Below are positions 48,640 through 62,247 of a stretch of DNA of 64,000 nt, one piece after another; the first letter of the stretch is position 1, and the number at the start of each line of letters is the position of its first letter. The stretch comes from Octopus vulgaris (taxonomy: Eukaryota). The notes under the pieces were generated by a model. It made no database searches and was not told where the DNA came from. It saw nothing but the letters and a program-made list of their open reading frames with translations. The stretch lies in NCBI GenBank assembly GCA_951406725.2, contig OX597820.1:94798001-94862000 (forward strand), written 5' to 3'. The position numbers and the translations under genes are program-made.

Positions 48640-50110
48640 CCTCAAAGGGTTGTGGCGGTATGTCCAGTGCCGGACTAAAAATTTCTGTTCGTGCAAGCAG
48701 GGGCTGAAAACTTTTGACTTAGCCTAAAAGCTAAGTCAAATCCCGGTCGAGAGGAGTTTTATTATTTCCTACATGGCATAAAAGGAGGTGAGCTGGCAGA
48801 ATCGTTAGCACGCCGGGGAAAATGCTTAGCAGTATTTCGTCTGCCGTTACGTTGTGAGTTCAAATTCCGCCGAGGTCGACTTTGCCTTTCATTCTTTCGG
48901 GGTCGATAAATTAAGTACCAGTTACGCACTGGGGTCGATGTAATCGACTTAATACCTATGTCTGTCCATGTTTGTCTCCTCTATGTTTAGCCCCTTGTGG
49001 GTAATAAAGAAATAGGTATTTCGTCCGTCTTTAAATACTGAGGTGGACTTTACTTTGCCTTTCATCCTTTCGGGGTCAATAAAATGAATACCAGTAATCG
49101 ACTTACTCCCTCCCCTGAAATTTCAGGCCGTGTGCCTGTAATAGAAATGGTTATTTACTACGCGGCAGAAAACCAACGTCTGCTAATATTCACGTATGGC
49201 TTGCATTTTTCGGAAAATTTCCATCTGATATTGTATGTTGTGCATTTCACTTTCACTCATTTTACGTAGCTTGCGAGTTTTGTATTATTTCGCCTCCTGA
49301 TGTTTCTGAAGGGAAAGTTGTTCTATAATTTATTTCTTAAAAAGGCCCACTTTCAAACTGCCGTAGCGTTTCAGGTTGGTATTATGGTTAGCTTCTGTGG
49401 TTTTGATTTCTGCTTCATATATAACTTCAGTGATGCCGGACCGATTCAGCGTGCAAGTCGCAATTCTCCTGCATGAACAGACAGTCTCATTGGGTGTGAA
49501 TATTTCACGAAGTATGAGTTGTTTCATATTAAGAGTGCAGCTAATCGTAGTCTTAACTGTTTGTTTTTGTTTTTTGGTTTGTTTTTTTCCAAACAGTTCT
49601 GGGTTTCTGAGAGTAGGCGGGAATTAGCTATCTATTAATCCGAGAAAAGTTTTCTCTATACCTTATCTAACATTGAGCTAAATGGAGTGCAAAACTAATA
49701 ATATTTCTACTCTTTTTCTCTTAGTGGGGACCGAGCTGAGATTGTAGGTTATTTTTTTTTCTTTGAACCTGCTTCTCACAAGAGTGTGGTTATTAGTAAG
49801 GTGTTGCCTTGTCAAATATTTCTTTATTAGATGAAATCCAGGTTAAAACCCTGCTCATATAATGTTCTTAAACGCCAGATGGGATAGCACAACCCTATAT
49901 TAATGTAGTTGAGCTCCTCGTTGGGGTTTCTAAGAAATTTACACGAATATTTACCAAAATCAAACATGGCATTCGAAATTTAGCTATTGTAAGATAGTGT
50001 TTAAAGGTGAAAGATTGAAATATCAGTCCAACGAGCGCTCATTTGTGTATTTGGATCAGCCAACGCATTGTCTGTGTACAAACCTAAGTGGAAGAGAAAC
50101 TTCTTTTAAT
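48640..50110 (-). mobile_element. Decayed Penelope-like element (RT C-terminal part and GIY-YIG), interrupted by a SINE A at 48783-49150
   Basis: Minus remnants GLYTDNAL, RNPNEELNYIN, CSCRRIATCTLNRSGITEVIYEAEIKT, RNNTKLASYV...YNIRWKFSEKCKPYVNISRR and FSPCLHEQKFLV. Confidence 0.75.
48783..49150 (+). mobile_element. SINE family A, composite form
   Basis: Full unit, then the junction aaagaaatag|gtatttcg, identical to that at 28760. Confidence 0.88.
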
Positions 50111-50144
50111 ACGTCTAATATAAATAATTCAAAGCGAATATATA

Positions 50145-50560
50145 TAGGAGTGGCTGTGTGGTAAGTAGCTTGCTTACCAACCACATGGTTCCGGGTTCAG
50201 TCCCACTGCGTGGCACCTTGGGCAAGTGTCTTCTACTATAGCCTCGGGCCGACCAAAGCTTTATGAGTGGATTTGGTAGACGGAAACTGAAAGAAGCCCG
50301 TCGTATATATGTATATATATTTATGTGTGTGTGTGTGTGTTTGTGTGTCTGTGTTTGTCCCACTAGCATCGCTTGATAACCGATGCTGGTGTGTTAAAGT
50401 CCCCGTAACTTAGCGGTTCGGCAAAAAAGAGACCGATAAAATAAGTACTGGGCTTACAAAGAATAAGTCCCGGGGTCGATTTGATCGACTAAAGGCGGTG
50501 CTCCAGCATGGCCACAGTCACATGACTGAAACAAGTAAAAGAGTAAAAGAGTAAAAGAGC
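50145..50560 (+). mobile_element. SINE family B
   Basis: aggagtggctgtgtggtaag...tgactgaaacaagtaaaagagtaaaagag. Confidence 0.9.
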
Positions 50561-52044
50561 ATATATTTGCCCAGTGAAACGAAGCTATGTTCCTCATATA
50601 CAAGGAACAACCCGAGTCCGATTTCTTTTTAACCTGTTGTGATTTTAGTTTTGATCACGTGATTTTGATTGTCTCGATTGCTGTTATATGCCTGCAGTGC
50701 GACTGCGCGGAGTTCTGTTCTGTTTGCGACATGTTCAGCGTTGATTTTAGTTAGTCGAGAATGTCGCAACTCGCTGCATAAAAATGTTATTGCGTTGAAG
50801 TTTAGTTTTGCTTACAATTTAGCAATCTTTGTTTGTATTGTATATTGCTGTATTTTTAGTCGATTAAAACCTTTTAAACTTTGATATTCAAGTTTGGGAT
50901 TATAACATAACCCAAGCTGACTCTTGCCAAACAGCAGCGTCTAGCTAACATGGAATATCACGTCTAAGTCACTGTTGCTTGTAGTATTGTATAATTTAGC
51001 AAATTCCAGGATTCTGATGAGCAACTCCTTAGATATTAGCGTGTAAAATCCACGTTATCCAGTTAGGCAAGTCTTACGCTGTTTTAATTTCTCACACACT
51101 TGAAATAAGAGACACACGGATGTTATTCAACCTGACGATAATCAGTGGCACATCTAATTAATAAGACTGTAGACCAATCTCACAATCAACCAGTTTATAT
51201 ACCTAGAATCAGTGCGTAAATCAGCATTATTTTTATGATCTTAAAGCTTGAAAATGGAATTTTGCTTAGGGAAAGCTTTTATCCTATTGCACATGGCTTC
51301 TCATGTTAAGCCTGGGTGGTTATCATATAATTTAGATGAAGCTGTTAAGAAGAAGAGTGGAGAACACACAGTGTCTGTGTGTATATCTATGTATATATAT
51401 ATATCCGTGTGTACAAATAACATGTATATATGCATGTGCATATACGGATATACATCTACTATATATATATGTATATATGCATGTGCATATACGGATATAC
51501 ATCTACTACATATATTTGTATATATATGCATGTGCATATACGGATATACATCTACTACATATATATGTGTGTGTGTGTGTGTACATCTATATATACATGT
51601 ATACGTGAGTGTACATACATACATGCATGCATACATACATACATACATACATACATACATACATACATACATACATACATACATACATACATACATACAT
51701 ACACACGGTACAATTCAGATTGCAAGGCATCAGAGTGACATATACGAATTTTCGTTTCAAGATGTCTATCCCTTTATGCCGCTTGTTTCTACGTCATGTT
51801 TATCGTTGTCGTTTTGTTTGCACTAGAGTTTAAGGACTTGAAGCATGTGTGAGCTGTCTTCGTAGCGATGTGATGTATTAGTATGTTCTCATTGACATGT
51901 TTTTCAATCTTCGAATCTAATTGAAACATTTTTTGTTAAATGTGTTTAAGAACTTTGCCTGTAATTGTTCATGTACGCGAGTACTAGTTTATTTTTGCAG
52001 CGTACATAAATACATAAATGTATGTATGTATGTCTATTCATTTA

Positions 52045-52442
52045 TTCTTTTTCCTGTTCCAGTCATTTGACTGCGGGCATTCAGGAAAAGCACCTTTAGT
52101 CCAACAAATCGCCCCCAGGACTTATTCGTAAGCCTAGTACTTATTCTATCGGCCTTTTTTCCCGAACGCTAAGTTACGGGGACGTAAGCACACCGACATC
52201 GGTTGTCAAGCAAAGGTGGGGAGAGGACAAATACAGGCACACACAAAAATATGTACGTATATAATATATATACTCACACACAATAGGCTTCTTTCAGTTT
52301 CCGTCTACCAAATCTATTCACAAGGCGTTGGTCGGCCCGAGGCTATAGAAGAAGATACTTGCCCAAGATGCCACGCAGTTGGGCTGAACCCAGAACTATG
52401 TGGTTAGGAAGCAAGTTTCTTACCACACAGCACTTCTGCGCC

Positions 52443-52445
<3 letters not shown>
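52045..52445 (-). mobile_element. SINE family B (older)
   Basis: Reverse complement of family B. Confidence 0.82.
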
Positions 52446-52534
<89 letters not shown>

Positions 52535-52554
52535 GGTATGTATGTATATATATA

Positions 52555-53322
52555 TCTATATATATAAACCTGAGAATGTCTGTCTGTCTGTGTGAATCCC
52601 TAAAACGTGAAAACTACACAACCAATTTCATTCAAATTTTACACATGCCTTACTTAGGGTCCAGGGAGTGTCATGGGCAAAAAAAGTTTTAACTTTTTGC
52701 CTAGCGCGAGCCCACAGCAATATCATATCTTCTCCACTATTTCAGTATTACATATTAAAAGTGAAACAAAAACATCTCTCTATTGTAATGTCAGATACTT
52801 TCACTTTAATACTGAAACTATAAAAGTCAAACTATTATATAAGAGGGATGAACCATTAACAGTGGACACCCATTCGTCTTTTGGTTTCCTGTAGCTTTGC
52901 TCTCTTTTACAAACCCAGTGAACATATATTTCCTATTTCAAAGAAATTCAAACAATAGATATAAGACCCAAGTAAAAAAGATTCTCAACAATTCAACTTC
53001 TATGGTTGACATTAAGATGCCCACCCCCAACAGGGGCCTTAACTCTCACATTTTAGAGGTCTATGACCTTCATTTTTCAGGCGCAATATCCTTTTAACAG
53101 GTTCAATGAGACTGGAATTTTGGAATATGCGCATAAAAATCAGTAGTATGGGATATATGTGGCACGATTACAATTTGGGGGGGGTGTAAAGAGGCAAATA
53201 ACCCTCACCTGCAATTTTGATGAAATTCGAAACAGATATTCCAGTTCATTAGAGAAAATATAACAGAAAAGTCTAATTCTCCAATTGTATGTAACACGGG
53301 CAACGCCGGGTATCTCTGCTAT
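52555..53322 (+). mobile_element. Non-autonomous Helitron-like element
   Basis: 5' a|TCtatatatataaa...gtctgtctgtctg. 3' GC-rich subterminal hairpin cgggcaacgccggg, then ctgCTAT|t (CTAG-like end). Confidence 0.65.
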
Positions 53323-53330
53323 TATATATA

Positions 53331-53676
53331 TAAAGGGTAAAAACCCCCTTCGGTCAGGCACTGACCATGGGTTTGCACCTAGAGAGATACCCTCTGAGGC
53401 ACAAGTCTGGGCAAGGTTGTTTTATGGAAGACCAGCAGTCGCCCATGCATACCGGCCTCCCCTCTCCACGTCACCGATGTTGTCCAAGGGAAAGGCAAGG
53501 GCCGATACAGCTTGGCACCTGTGACGTCGCAACTCATTTCTACGGCTGAGTGAACTGGAGCAACGTGAAATAAAGTGCCTTGCTCAAGAACACAATACGC
53601 AGCCCCGTCCGGGATTCGAGCTCACAACCTCACGATCGTAAGCTCGACGCTCTAACCACTGAGCCATGCGCCTTCA
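53331..53676 (-). mobile_element. tRNA-derived CORE-type SINE (family E)
   Basis: Minus head gaaggcgcatggctcagtggttagagcg...gagctcgaatcccgg, then gtgttcttgagcaaggcactttatttcacgttgctccagttcactcagc. Confidence 0.85.
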
Positions 53677-53683
53677 TATATAT

Positions 53684-53727
53684 ATAAACTTATTGGGAAA
53701 TGGATGCGTGGCGTTCAATCATATAAT

Positions 53728-53782
<55 letters not shown>

Positions 53783-53815
53783 TATATATATATGTATGCA
53801 TATATACATTATATG

Positions 53816-53872
<57 letters not shown>

Positions 53873-53915
53873 CTATATGATTGAACGCCACGCATCTGTT
53901 TCCAAGTAAGTTTAT
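53684..53915. repeat. Palindromic element: ~45-bp inverted arms around a (TA)n core
   Basis: aaacttattgggaaatggatgcgtggcgttcaatcata / tatgattgaacgccacgcatctgtttccaagtaagttt. Confidence 0.85.
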
Positions 53916-54700
53916 CTTATTAATTTTGATGCCACTTTTGGAATCCGGCCTGGAAGTCGTTTTCAGTAAGTGAGTCGACGTCTTTCTGCGTATTCGTTCT
54001 GGATCTCGACAACGATACTAAAGCTGCATTTTCATCTCGGGGAAGAAATGGAAATCTGCAAGTATTAAATCTAAAGAATAGAGCGGGTGCAGAAGCGATG
54101 TCATGTTGTTTTTGGCGAGAGAAGCACGGGTGAGGAGAGCTCGGTGAATAATCCAATTCTTCGAGATCTACAGATCCGGTTGCTTTCACCGAATGTCCTC
54201 CCTCAAACACTTCAAAATACCGTAGTAGAACTCCAGATTGACGTTCTGGCCCGGGTGGGGGGGGGGGCGAATTCTCAATGCACAATACATTTCCAGGGAT
54301 GAAGCTCGTGGCAGTACTTCCAGATCGCCAAACGTCTTCCAAGGAAGCTCTTCCGCATTTGAAGCGCCCGTGCCAATTGAAACATTGCGTACGACCCATT
54401 ATTTCGTCACTGTAAGCTTGCCGAAGCATATTCAATGTCTCTGTAGCAGATTTCCCAAGTTTAACGACAAATTTTTACCTTGGCTCTTTGTTCCTGACCA
54501 TGACAAACTCGCAAACTACAGCATACACGCGATCACAAGAACACAAATTTTACAACTTGCGAAGTAAACACGGCAATGTCCGTCCACTCGGCACACTGCT
54601 TTTTGGAGTTCACTGCTAGTTCTCACTGCGTATGCAACCGTGTACTACTATCTGTTGGCGCGCTACAGAACTAGCCTGGGAACGTTTTGATACAACCCCG
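53916..54700 (-). mobile_element. Mariner deletion derivative, 3' TIR missing
   Basis: End TA-cggggttgtatcaaaacgttccc. MLRQAYSDEIMGRTQCFNWHGRFKCGRASLED. A frameshifted YSLDLIPADFHFFPEMK remnant. Confidence 0.85.
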
Positions 54701-55508
54701 TACAGATAATTCATTTATTTTTCACTATTTGTATAATGTTATACGTTCTTATTTGTATGTCATATTCTGTGTTATTACTATATTTTTGTTCGTGTCTGCA
54801 CATATAAAAACGTCTTTGTATATATGCTTCGACGTCTATGTATACTTGTAAATGATTATACTATTTCCATGCATTAGTGTATATTTCTTCGTATTTATTT
54901 GAATGGCTTATGTATTCTTGTGTAAATATAGTCTGTTAATGTGTCACTGTGATTATTTAGATGTATATTTATATATATTTATATGTATACTTGTGTTGCT
55001 AGCTAACGGTTGCTAAACACGTTCTCATTGAAGAGGGGGGGGGTCATTCTAACTTTCTTATCAATACTATATATAATAAAATAAAATACAGAAGAGAATA
55101 AACTTGAAATACGTGTTTAATCAGGGATTTATTTACTCTCTGTTTGGGATATCATTAAGATTCATCGTCGGGTACTTATTAGGTTATTAAAGAACCTAAT
55201 AAGTACTCTATCTCTATTGCTAATTATACGCAAATATATGCACAAAGAAAATGAAAATGGAAATTTGCTTATTCTATCGGGATTTCAAATCCTATTGATA
55301 TATCATAAAGAGCTTTTAGTAAATACTTACGATATGAGGGCATGAAGAGATTTATCCTGTTTCTGTATTTATAGTTTTACTGTGATGTTTCAAGTTCAAT
55401 AACTTCTCCACGATGCCAAGGTTATAGACAGCCTTTGATCGCTTACAACTTGGTGCTTTATCTAACAGGTGACAGTTAATAGCATGTATGTTTAACAATG
55501 GCACATAC

Positions 55509-55582
<74 letters not shown>

Positions 55583-55689
55583 TATGTATGTATGTATTTA
55601 TGTATGCATGCATGCATGTAATGTATGTATGTATGTATATATTGTCAGTAGTCCACATTTGAAAAAGAAGCATTTCGGCCATTTAAGTT

Positions 55690-55935
55690 GACGAGTCGCC
55701 TAGGTGAAAAGCCAATGCTCACTCTGTGAACGGCCATAATCAAAACATGAACAAGCAAGAAAAAGCAACAACGCGAGGACGTGGAATAAGCACAGTGTTG
55801 TTGGACGCTCAGGAAAGAAAAGAAAAGAAAGAGGATTTCATGTTTCGAGCGGAGCTCTTCGTCAGAAATATAGAAAAAGTCCAAAGAAGGGAAGACGGAG
55901 AAAGAAAATCGCCAATGATACACACGCGGTCACAT
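55690..55935 (-). mobile_element. Short PLE pseudo-LTR-like repeat containing a hammerhead-like core
   Basis: Minus attt-CTGACGA-a-gagc-tcc-gctc-GAAAC-atg-aaat at ~55835-55869. Homologous to 62460-62630 (+). Confidence 0.65.
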
Positions 55936-56086
55936 ATTGAAATGAACGGAAGGGAATGGGAGAAGAAAAAGTTATTTCAAGGACAGGAGAGTGCAAGAGA
56001 AGAAAACAGCAAAGAAGGGATTGAAGATGTTGGAGGAAGGAGTGGAGGTCAGGCTTGGTGAGAGGGTGTGAATGTCGGTCTAGGTG

Positions 56087-56126
<40 letters not shown>

Positions 56127-56453
56127 CAAAATTGGACAAAAATTGACAAAGACAGATGAAGGAACAACAAACAAGGTATATTAGTTTGACGCTCGGAGAA
56201 AATGAATATCTTCGACGTTCCGAGCATACGCTCTTCTACAGAAAGGACTGAGATCAAAACAGATGGACAGAGGGAGAAAATGAAGAGAAAAAAGGTATTG
56301 TTGTAAATATATATATGTATGTAAGTACACACACAGGCACACATACACACACTCACACACGTCTATATATATGTATGTAAGTACACACACAGGCACACAT
56401 ACACACACTCACACACGTCTATATATATGTGTATGTATATATATATATTGTGC

Positions 56454-56531
56454 GCGGCTGAAGAAGGCCATAGACACACATTATGCATTGTTATAAATCC
56501 GTCTAATAAAGGCCCGAAACATATGTACCGC
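56454..56531 (+). ncRNA. Type-I hammerhead ribozyme motif with canonical core and long stem II
   Basis: Stem I gcgg/ccgc; CTGAAGA; stem II ggcc/ggcc extended by tagac/gtcta; GAAA; palindromic stem III acatatgt; GUA triplet. Confidence 0.75.
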
Positions 56532-57754
56532 CGAATCCTTGGCATCATGTTTTTATTTTGATTAATATATATATATATATATATGCTAATTCTCTTTGAA
56601 ATATTCTAAAAGTATAGTTTTGTTGATGAAACTGGCTCTTAAAAAGGTTTGCAGTCATGCCTATGTAATTAATATTGTTTCGTAGCAACTGCATATACGA
56701 ATGATTTCCAACTGTTTCACTACTGAGCACACATTTTCAGAGTGAAATCTGCATTTATATATGCTAATCGAGTTTCAGAGATTTAGATTCTTCATTGTTG
56801 TTTTGTTATTCAAGGATGGTGATACATATACGTAAATATATATGTTTTCTTGTTGTATGTGTGTGTGCATGCGAGTGTGCCGGTGCGTTTACTTTTATGT
56901 CAAGTTATATAATAAAAGAATTTCCCATTAAACTGTAGGATTACGACCCAATACTTTTTAGTTGAGTACATATATACTTCTTGTTGACAAACAACAGCAG
57001 TAATTGTATTCACCTCAATAGACGTCATTAATTGGTTGAAATTGCCGAAACACGAGAGATTTAACAACAAATAGCTTACAAACTACAGAATTTTCTCAAG
57101 AATGCCAAGAGAAAAAAAAAATGTTTTGTGTGACACATTCTACCAGTATACGAAGTTTAAAAGTGTTTAGTTACAAAAAATTATTTTTTAAATCTGCCGG
57201 TTAAAGTGAAAAGATCCGCTGTTTCTGGGATATTAGGGATATCCCTTCACCAGAGACGATGTGAGATGGTTAAATAGAGGGAAATATTAGAGTTCAATAT
57301 AAGGAGTTATTTTGGAAAAAGAAGTAAATAAGGAGCATTGAGGGAAATAGGAAAATGAATGTAGAAACAAAAATAAAAATATACAAAGATGTTATAGTTG
57401 CAGTTCCATTATCCAAGGAAAGTGGTGTGTAAAAGTGGTAGAAATGCTTCTTGTCTGTGGTATGTAAATTCCAATAGGAGTTCATATTTTGTCATCACAA
57501 ATGGAAAGTGTGGAGACGTAGATTCCATGTGCAGTTCATTCAAAGGGGTCTTGTGATGTGAATGAAAATTTCAGAACGTAGTGGTTGTATTCAGTGGATA
57601 GAGATGGGAGAAGAGATGTGCATGTTAAAATGAAGAGAGAAGTCAAAGGAAAAGGTAAGAAAAGAAGGAAAGAAAGAGGAAGAGAAAATGAAAACAAAGA
57701 GAGAAAATGAAAAAAGAGTAGGTGCAAAAAATGTGAAAAAAGTGGAAAAATGCT

Positions 57755-58140
57755 AGGCGCAGGAGTGGCTGTGTGGTAAGTAGCTTGCTAACCAGCCACA
57801 TGGTTCTGGGTTCAGTCCCACTGCGTGGCGTCTTGAGCAAGTGTCTTCTACTATAGCCCCGGGCCTGAGTGGATTTGGTAGACGGAAACTGAAAGAATAT
57901 ATATATGTATGTGTATGTATATGATTGTGTGTCTGTGTTTGTCCCTCTAGCATTGCTTGACAACTGATGCTGGTGTGTTTACGTCCCCGTCACTTAGCGG
58001 TTCGGCAAAAGAGACCGATAGAATAAGTACTGGGCTTACAAAGAATAAGTCCCGGGATCGATTTGCTCGACTAAAGGCGGTGCTCCAGCATGGCCGCAGT
58101 CAAATGACTGAAACAAGTAAAAGAGTAAAAGAGTAAAGAG
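57755..58140 (+). mobile_element. SINE family B
   Basis: aggcgcaggagtggctgtgtggtaag...agtaaaagagtaaagag. Confidence 0.9.
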
Positions 58141-58427
58141 TTGGTGGTCAAGATATTATGAGGGAGATGGCAGAGGAGTAGTGGAGGGGTAGGAACACAT
58201 ATGAATGTAAGTAATGAATATGTGTGAGTTGTGTGAGGTGGGGTGCTATGTTAGACTGGACTGGCACTAAGGGATGGTCACAGAAAAAAGTATAGGAGGG
58301 GGTTTCTAAAGTGAGTAGTAAACCACAAGACGGAAATGAAGAATACCAAGAATAGTCAAGTTTCTATAAATAGACTTATGTGTTTATTCTACTGACTAAT
58401 GTGATAGTGTGGGTGGCGGAATCAAAG

Positions 58428-58490
<63 letters not shown>

Positions 58491-58828
58491 AGTATATATC
58501 GATATACGCACGCGCGTACACATGTATATATATATATATGTGTGCATGCATTATTATAAAGGCCTGCGTGCTTGTGTGTTTAAACCCGTACGCATGCATG
58601 CATATATATTTACAATTACGCGTATATATATACACACACACATATATATATATATACACACATACACATATATATATATATATATATATGCACGCACTCG
58701 CATACCCATAAATACATACATGCATATACTCATACACGTGAGCACATATACACGCATACATGCACACATACACACACATTCACGCCCCCCATAGACACAC
58801 ACATACACGCCCCCCACAGACACACACA

Positions 58829-58885
<57 letters not shown>

Positions 58886-59158
58886 ACATATACATATGAA
58901 CATACATCCGCATACGTACGCATATGCATGTCTATATATATATATAGTATTAAACAATTAAAATAAGATTGGAGAGTTAAAAAAATTAATGGAAAGTCAA
59001 ATAGAGTTATTGGCGATTGCCTAAATGGTGTCCGGGATATTACATTCGTTCTCCTATTTCCCTCTATACTTCTTGTTTGCTTCCACTTCTAAAATAACTC
59101 TTTATATTGAACTCTGTTTAATCATTTCACATTTTCCTCTGTCTAACCATCTCACATC

Positions 59159-59206
59159 GTCTCTGATGAAGGGTTATCCCTAATATCCCAGAAACAGCTG
59201 TAAGAT
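59159..59206 (+). ncRNA. Minimal type-I hammerhead ribozyme motif (PLE-type)
   Basis: gtct-CTGATGA-a-gggttat-cccta-atatccc-a-GAAAC-agct-GTA-agat; palindromic stem III acagctgt. Confidence 0.72.
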
Positions 59207-59419
59207 TAACTTTCTCTTTATAAATGTCCTGAAAATTCCATGCACATTTGGCTTTGTTGTCTCATTTTATTTAACATATACATGCGCATATAAAACCCGC
59301 ATTAGACTCCTCGCCCGTATCATTATCGAACCGAGAGTTCAACTACGGTCCTTCAATAGCACTTACAATAGCACTTACCTGCCACCTTGGGTCTTCTGGA
59401 TACCAACACCTCTCATATA

Positions 59420-59632
59420 ACGTTAGCACGCCGGGCGAAATGCTTAGCAGTATTTCGTCTGTCGCTACGTTCTGAGTTCAAATTCCGCCGAGGTCGACTT
59501 TGCCTTTCATCCTTTCGGGGTCGATAAACAAAGTACCAGTTACGCACTGGGGTCGACGTAATCGACTTAATCCCTTTGTCTGTCCTTGTTTGTCCCCTCT
59601 GTGTTTAGCCCTTTGTGGGCAATAAAGAAATA
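59420..59632 (+). mobile_element. SINE family A (slightly 5'-truncated)
   Basis: acgttagcacgccgggcgaaatgc...aataaagaaata. Confidence 0.9.
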
Positions 59633-59671
59633 TATATATACTTTTATGAAAGTTGCAAAATTATCAAACAA

Positions 59672-59711
59672 TCTGTTACTCAGAGTTTCACTTTCCCGTT
59701 CGTCGGGCAGA
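59672..59711 (-). ncRNA. Hammerhead-like motif (core variant CCGACGA)
   Basis: Minus tctg-c-CCGACGA-ac-gggaaa-gt-GAAAC-tctga-GTA-a-caga. Confidence 0.5.
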
Positions 59712-60102
59712 TGTGATGAAAACTAAATCTAAATTGTGATGGCACATGTAATCTAGTGTGGTGTAGTTCAAATACATGAGTAAGCATTTAAAATTTGATT
59801 GGGTGGTTGATCTTCAAAACATAGCTGTATAAAATTCATTACCAGTTAGGAGTTTGAGAGTGGGGGAAAATACCAGTAAGGTGTATATAGATATGAATAT
59901 TATGAGATCGAAAAAAAACTTGCTTAGACCGTGAGAAAAAATCCAGAAAATGATTAATTAATTGATAATAATTCTTTCTATCTTGAAGTGGGATCGCGAG
60001 ATGGGTGTATAAAAAAAAAGGGTAAAAAATATACATAGATAAAAACATACTGACGTATGTAATTACATACATACGCGCAATTATGGCGCAATATCTACAT
60101 AC

Positions 60103-60135
<33 letters not shown>

Positions 60136-61182
60136 TGTATGTATGTATGTATGTATGTATGTATGTATGTATGTAGTAAGTCATTATTCAGTTTATATGT
60201 ATGTACCTAGGTATGTATGTACGTACGTAGGTATGTATGTACGTACGTATGTATGTACGTAAAATATATATATGTTATTATATATACTCTGTATATAAAT
60301 CCTTTAATTTTGTTTTGCAAGAATTTTAATGTGACATCATTGTTAAAAGCAATATTTTTACTTCGCAAGGGTTATTTCTGCCAGAAAACACACGCGCTTG
60401 TTATGGTTTACTTGAGTGTCATTGTAAAACTAATGAATTTATGAATAAATTTATTGACTAGTTTATCACATGGTTTTCAATGATTTCAAGGGTTTTCAAA
60501 TTTTCGATTGATTTTCATTCCTTCTACTTGTATTTATGTGTATGTGTTGCAGTGTTATTGTTTTGTTCTTTATTGCATCGGCTTGTATTTTGGTATATAT
60601 TTATTTGGTCAATTCTGTTGTTATTTTAACAGAAAAATGGCTGTGTGTTTGTGTAAGTTTTTCATGTGTATGCATGTGGTTTGAATGTAAGTCACCTTGT
60701 AGACTGAACGTGTTTGTATATGTGTATAGAAGTGATTTTAGTCCCTTTAATTTTATTTTATTCTCTTTCTTGCATTATTGTCGTAATTGTGATGTGAGGT
60801 AGCTGTGGGGTTGTTGCTACTCCATTCACAATACTTTGATGAGAATTTGTATTGACTAAGAATTTGTTTCCAGTATGTATACCGCTTCTGTAACCTGTTG
60901 TAGTGTGGGATATTTTGGATGCACATCAATCACAACGGACAGAATGAAAAGAAAACAATAACAAGGGAACACAGACATTAACAAGGTGTTTAGTCTGACG
61001 GGTCACAGGGGAATGATAAAAAAAGTCAACACTAACTCATCAGTAATTACTTAATTGTTTACTTGTATAGTTAACAGTAAACCTAGAGTAAATAACAACT
61101 AGTACGTGTTTTTATTGGAACAGTGACCTCTTAAGCACAACAAATATATAAAATGTGTACGCAAATATGCGTGCATAAATGT

Positions 61183-61223
<41 letters not shown>

Positions 61224-61404
61224 TGTACGTATGTATGTATGTTCTTATTTATGTATTATATGTCTTAGGTATAATTTATGCGCTTACACAAATGCCTATC
61301 TACATGCCCTCATACATATACACATGTGCATGTGTGAATTTGCATACATATACATACACACACACACACACATATATATATATTCATATATATATATATA
61401 TATG

Positions 61405-61523
<119 letters not shown>

Positions 61524-61878
61524 AGGACTTCTTAGACACATAGAAACGAAGACAGAAATACAACCACACACACAAACACGCACACACACATAACACAATT
61601 ACACAAGTACGTAGGCAAACGTGTGTGATTGTGTGTATATTTAGCGGTATATTGTAATTCCGCGTAATCTTACCTTTCACTCCTTTCCCAAATGCATTAT
61701 TAGTCAGACATTATATACGACCATCTAGAAATAGAACAAAGAATTCAAGTCTTGACCAAGCTAGTTTAACACGCTACTTTTTATTCTTCACTCTTTTCTT
61801 TTTCACCCTTCCATTAGAGTTTTATTTTCACAACGCAATACATTGTTTCACAGATAAACGAGCACTTGTCTGCGATAT

Positions 61879-61919
<41 letters not shown>

Positions 61920-62061
61920 CGCATACACAAACAGACACACACACACACTTATGTATGTATACATGAATATGCATGTATACACACACTCACACATATATAT
62001 ATATATGTTTATATATACTTACAAATATACACATGTGCATACACACACACGCACACACTCA

Positions 62062-62130
<69 letters not shown>

Positions 62131-62206
62131 AAATATATATAGCAATTACATAGATGTGTACATAGCTATATACGTATATGTGTATATGTATATACATATA
62201 TATATA

Positions 62207-62247
<41 letters not shown>

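Larger units (their letters stand above)
57218..59230. mobile_element. PLE-like relic bounded by inverted pseudo-LTR copies (~57218-57350 minus; ~59050-59230 plus)
   Basis: aaccatctcacatcgtctctg(a/g)tgaaggg(t/a)tatccctaatatcccagaaacagc is present in both orientations. Confidence 0.65.

Noticed and set aside
51012-51050. CTGATGA motif (also at 39789 minus and 47200) as possible hammerheads
   Set aside because: No correctly placed GAAA, stem III and cleavage triplet.
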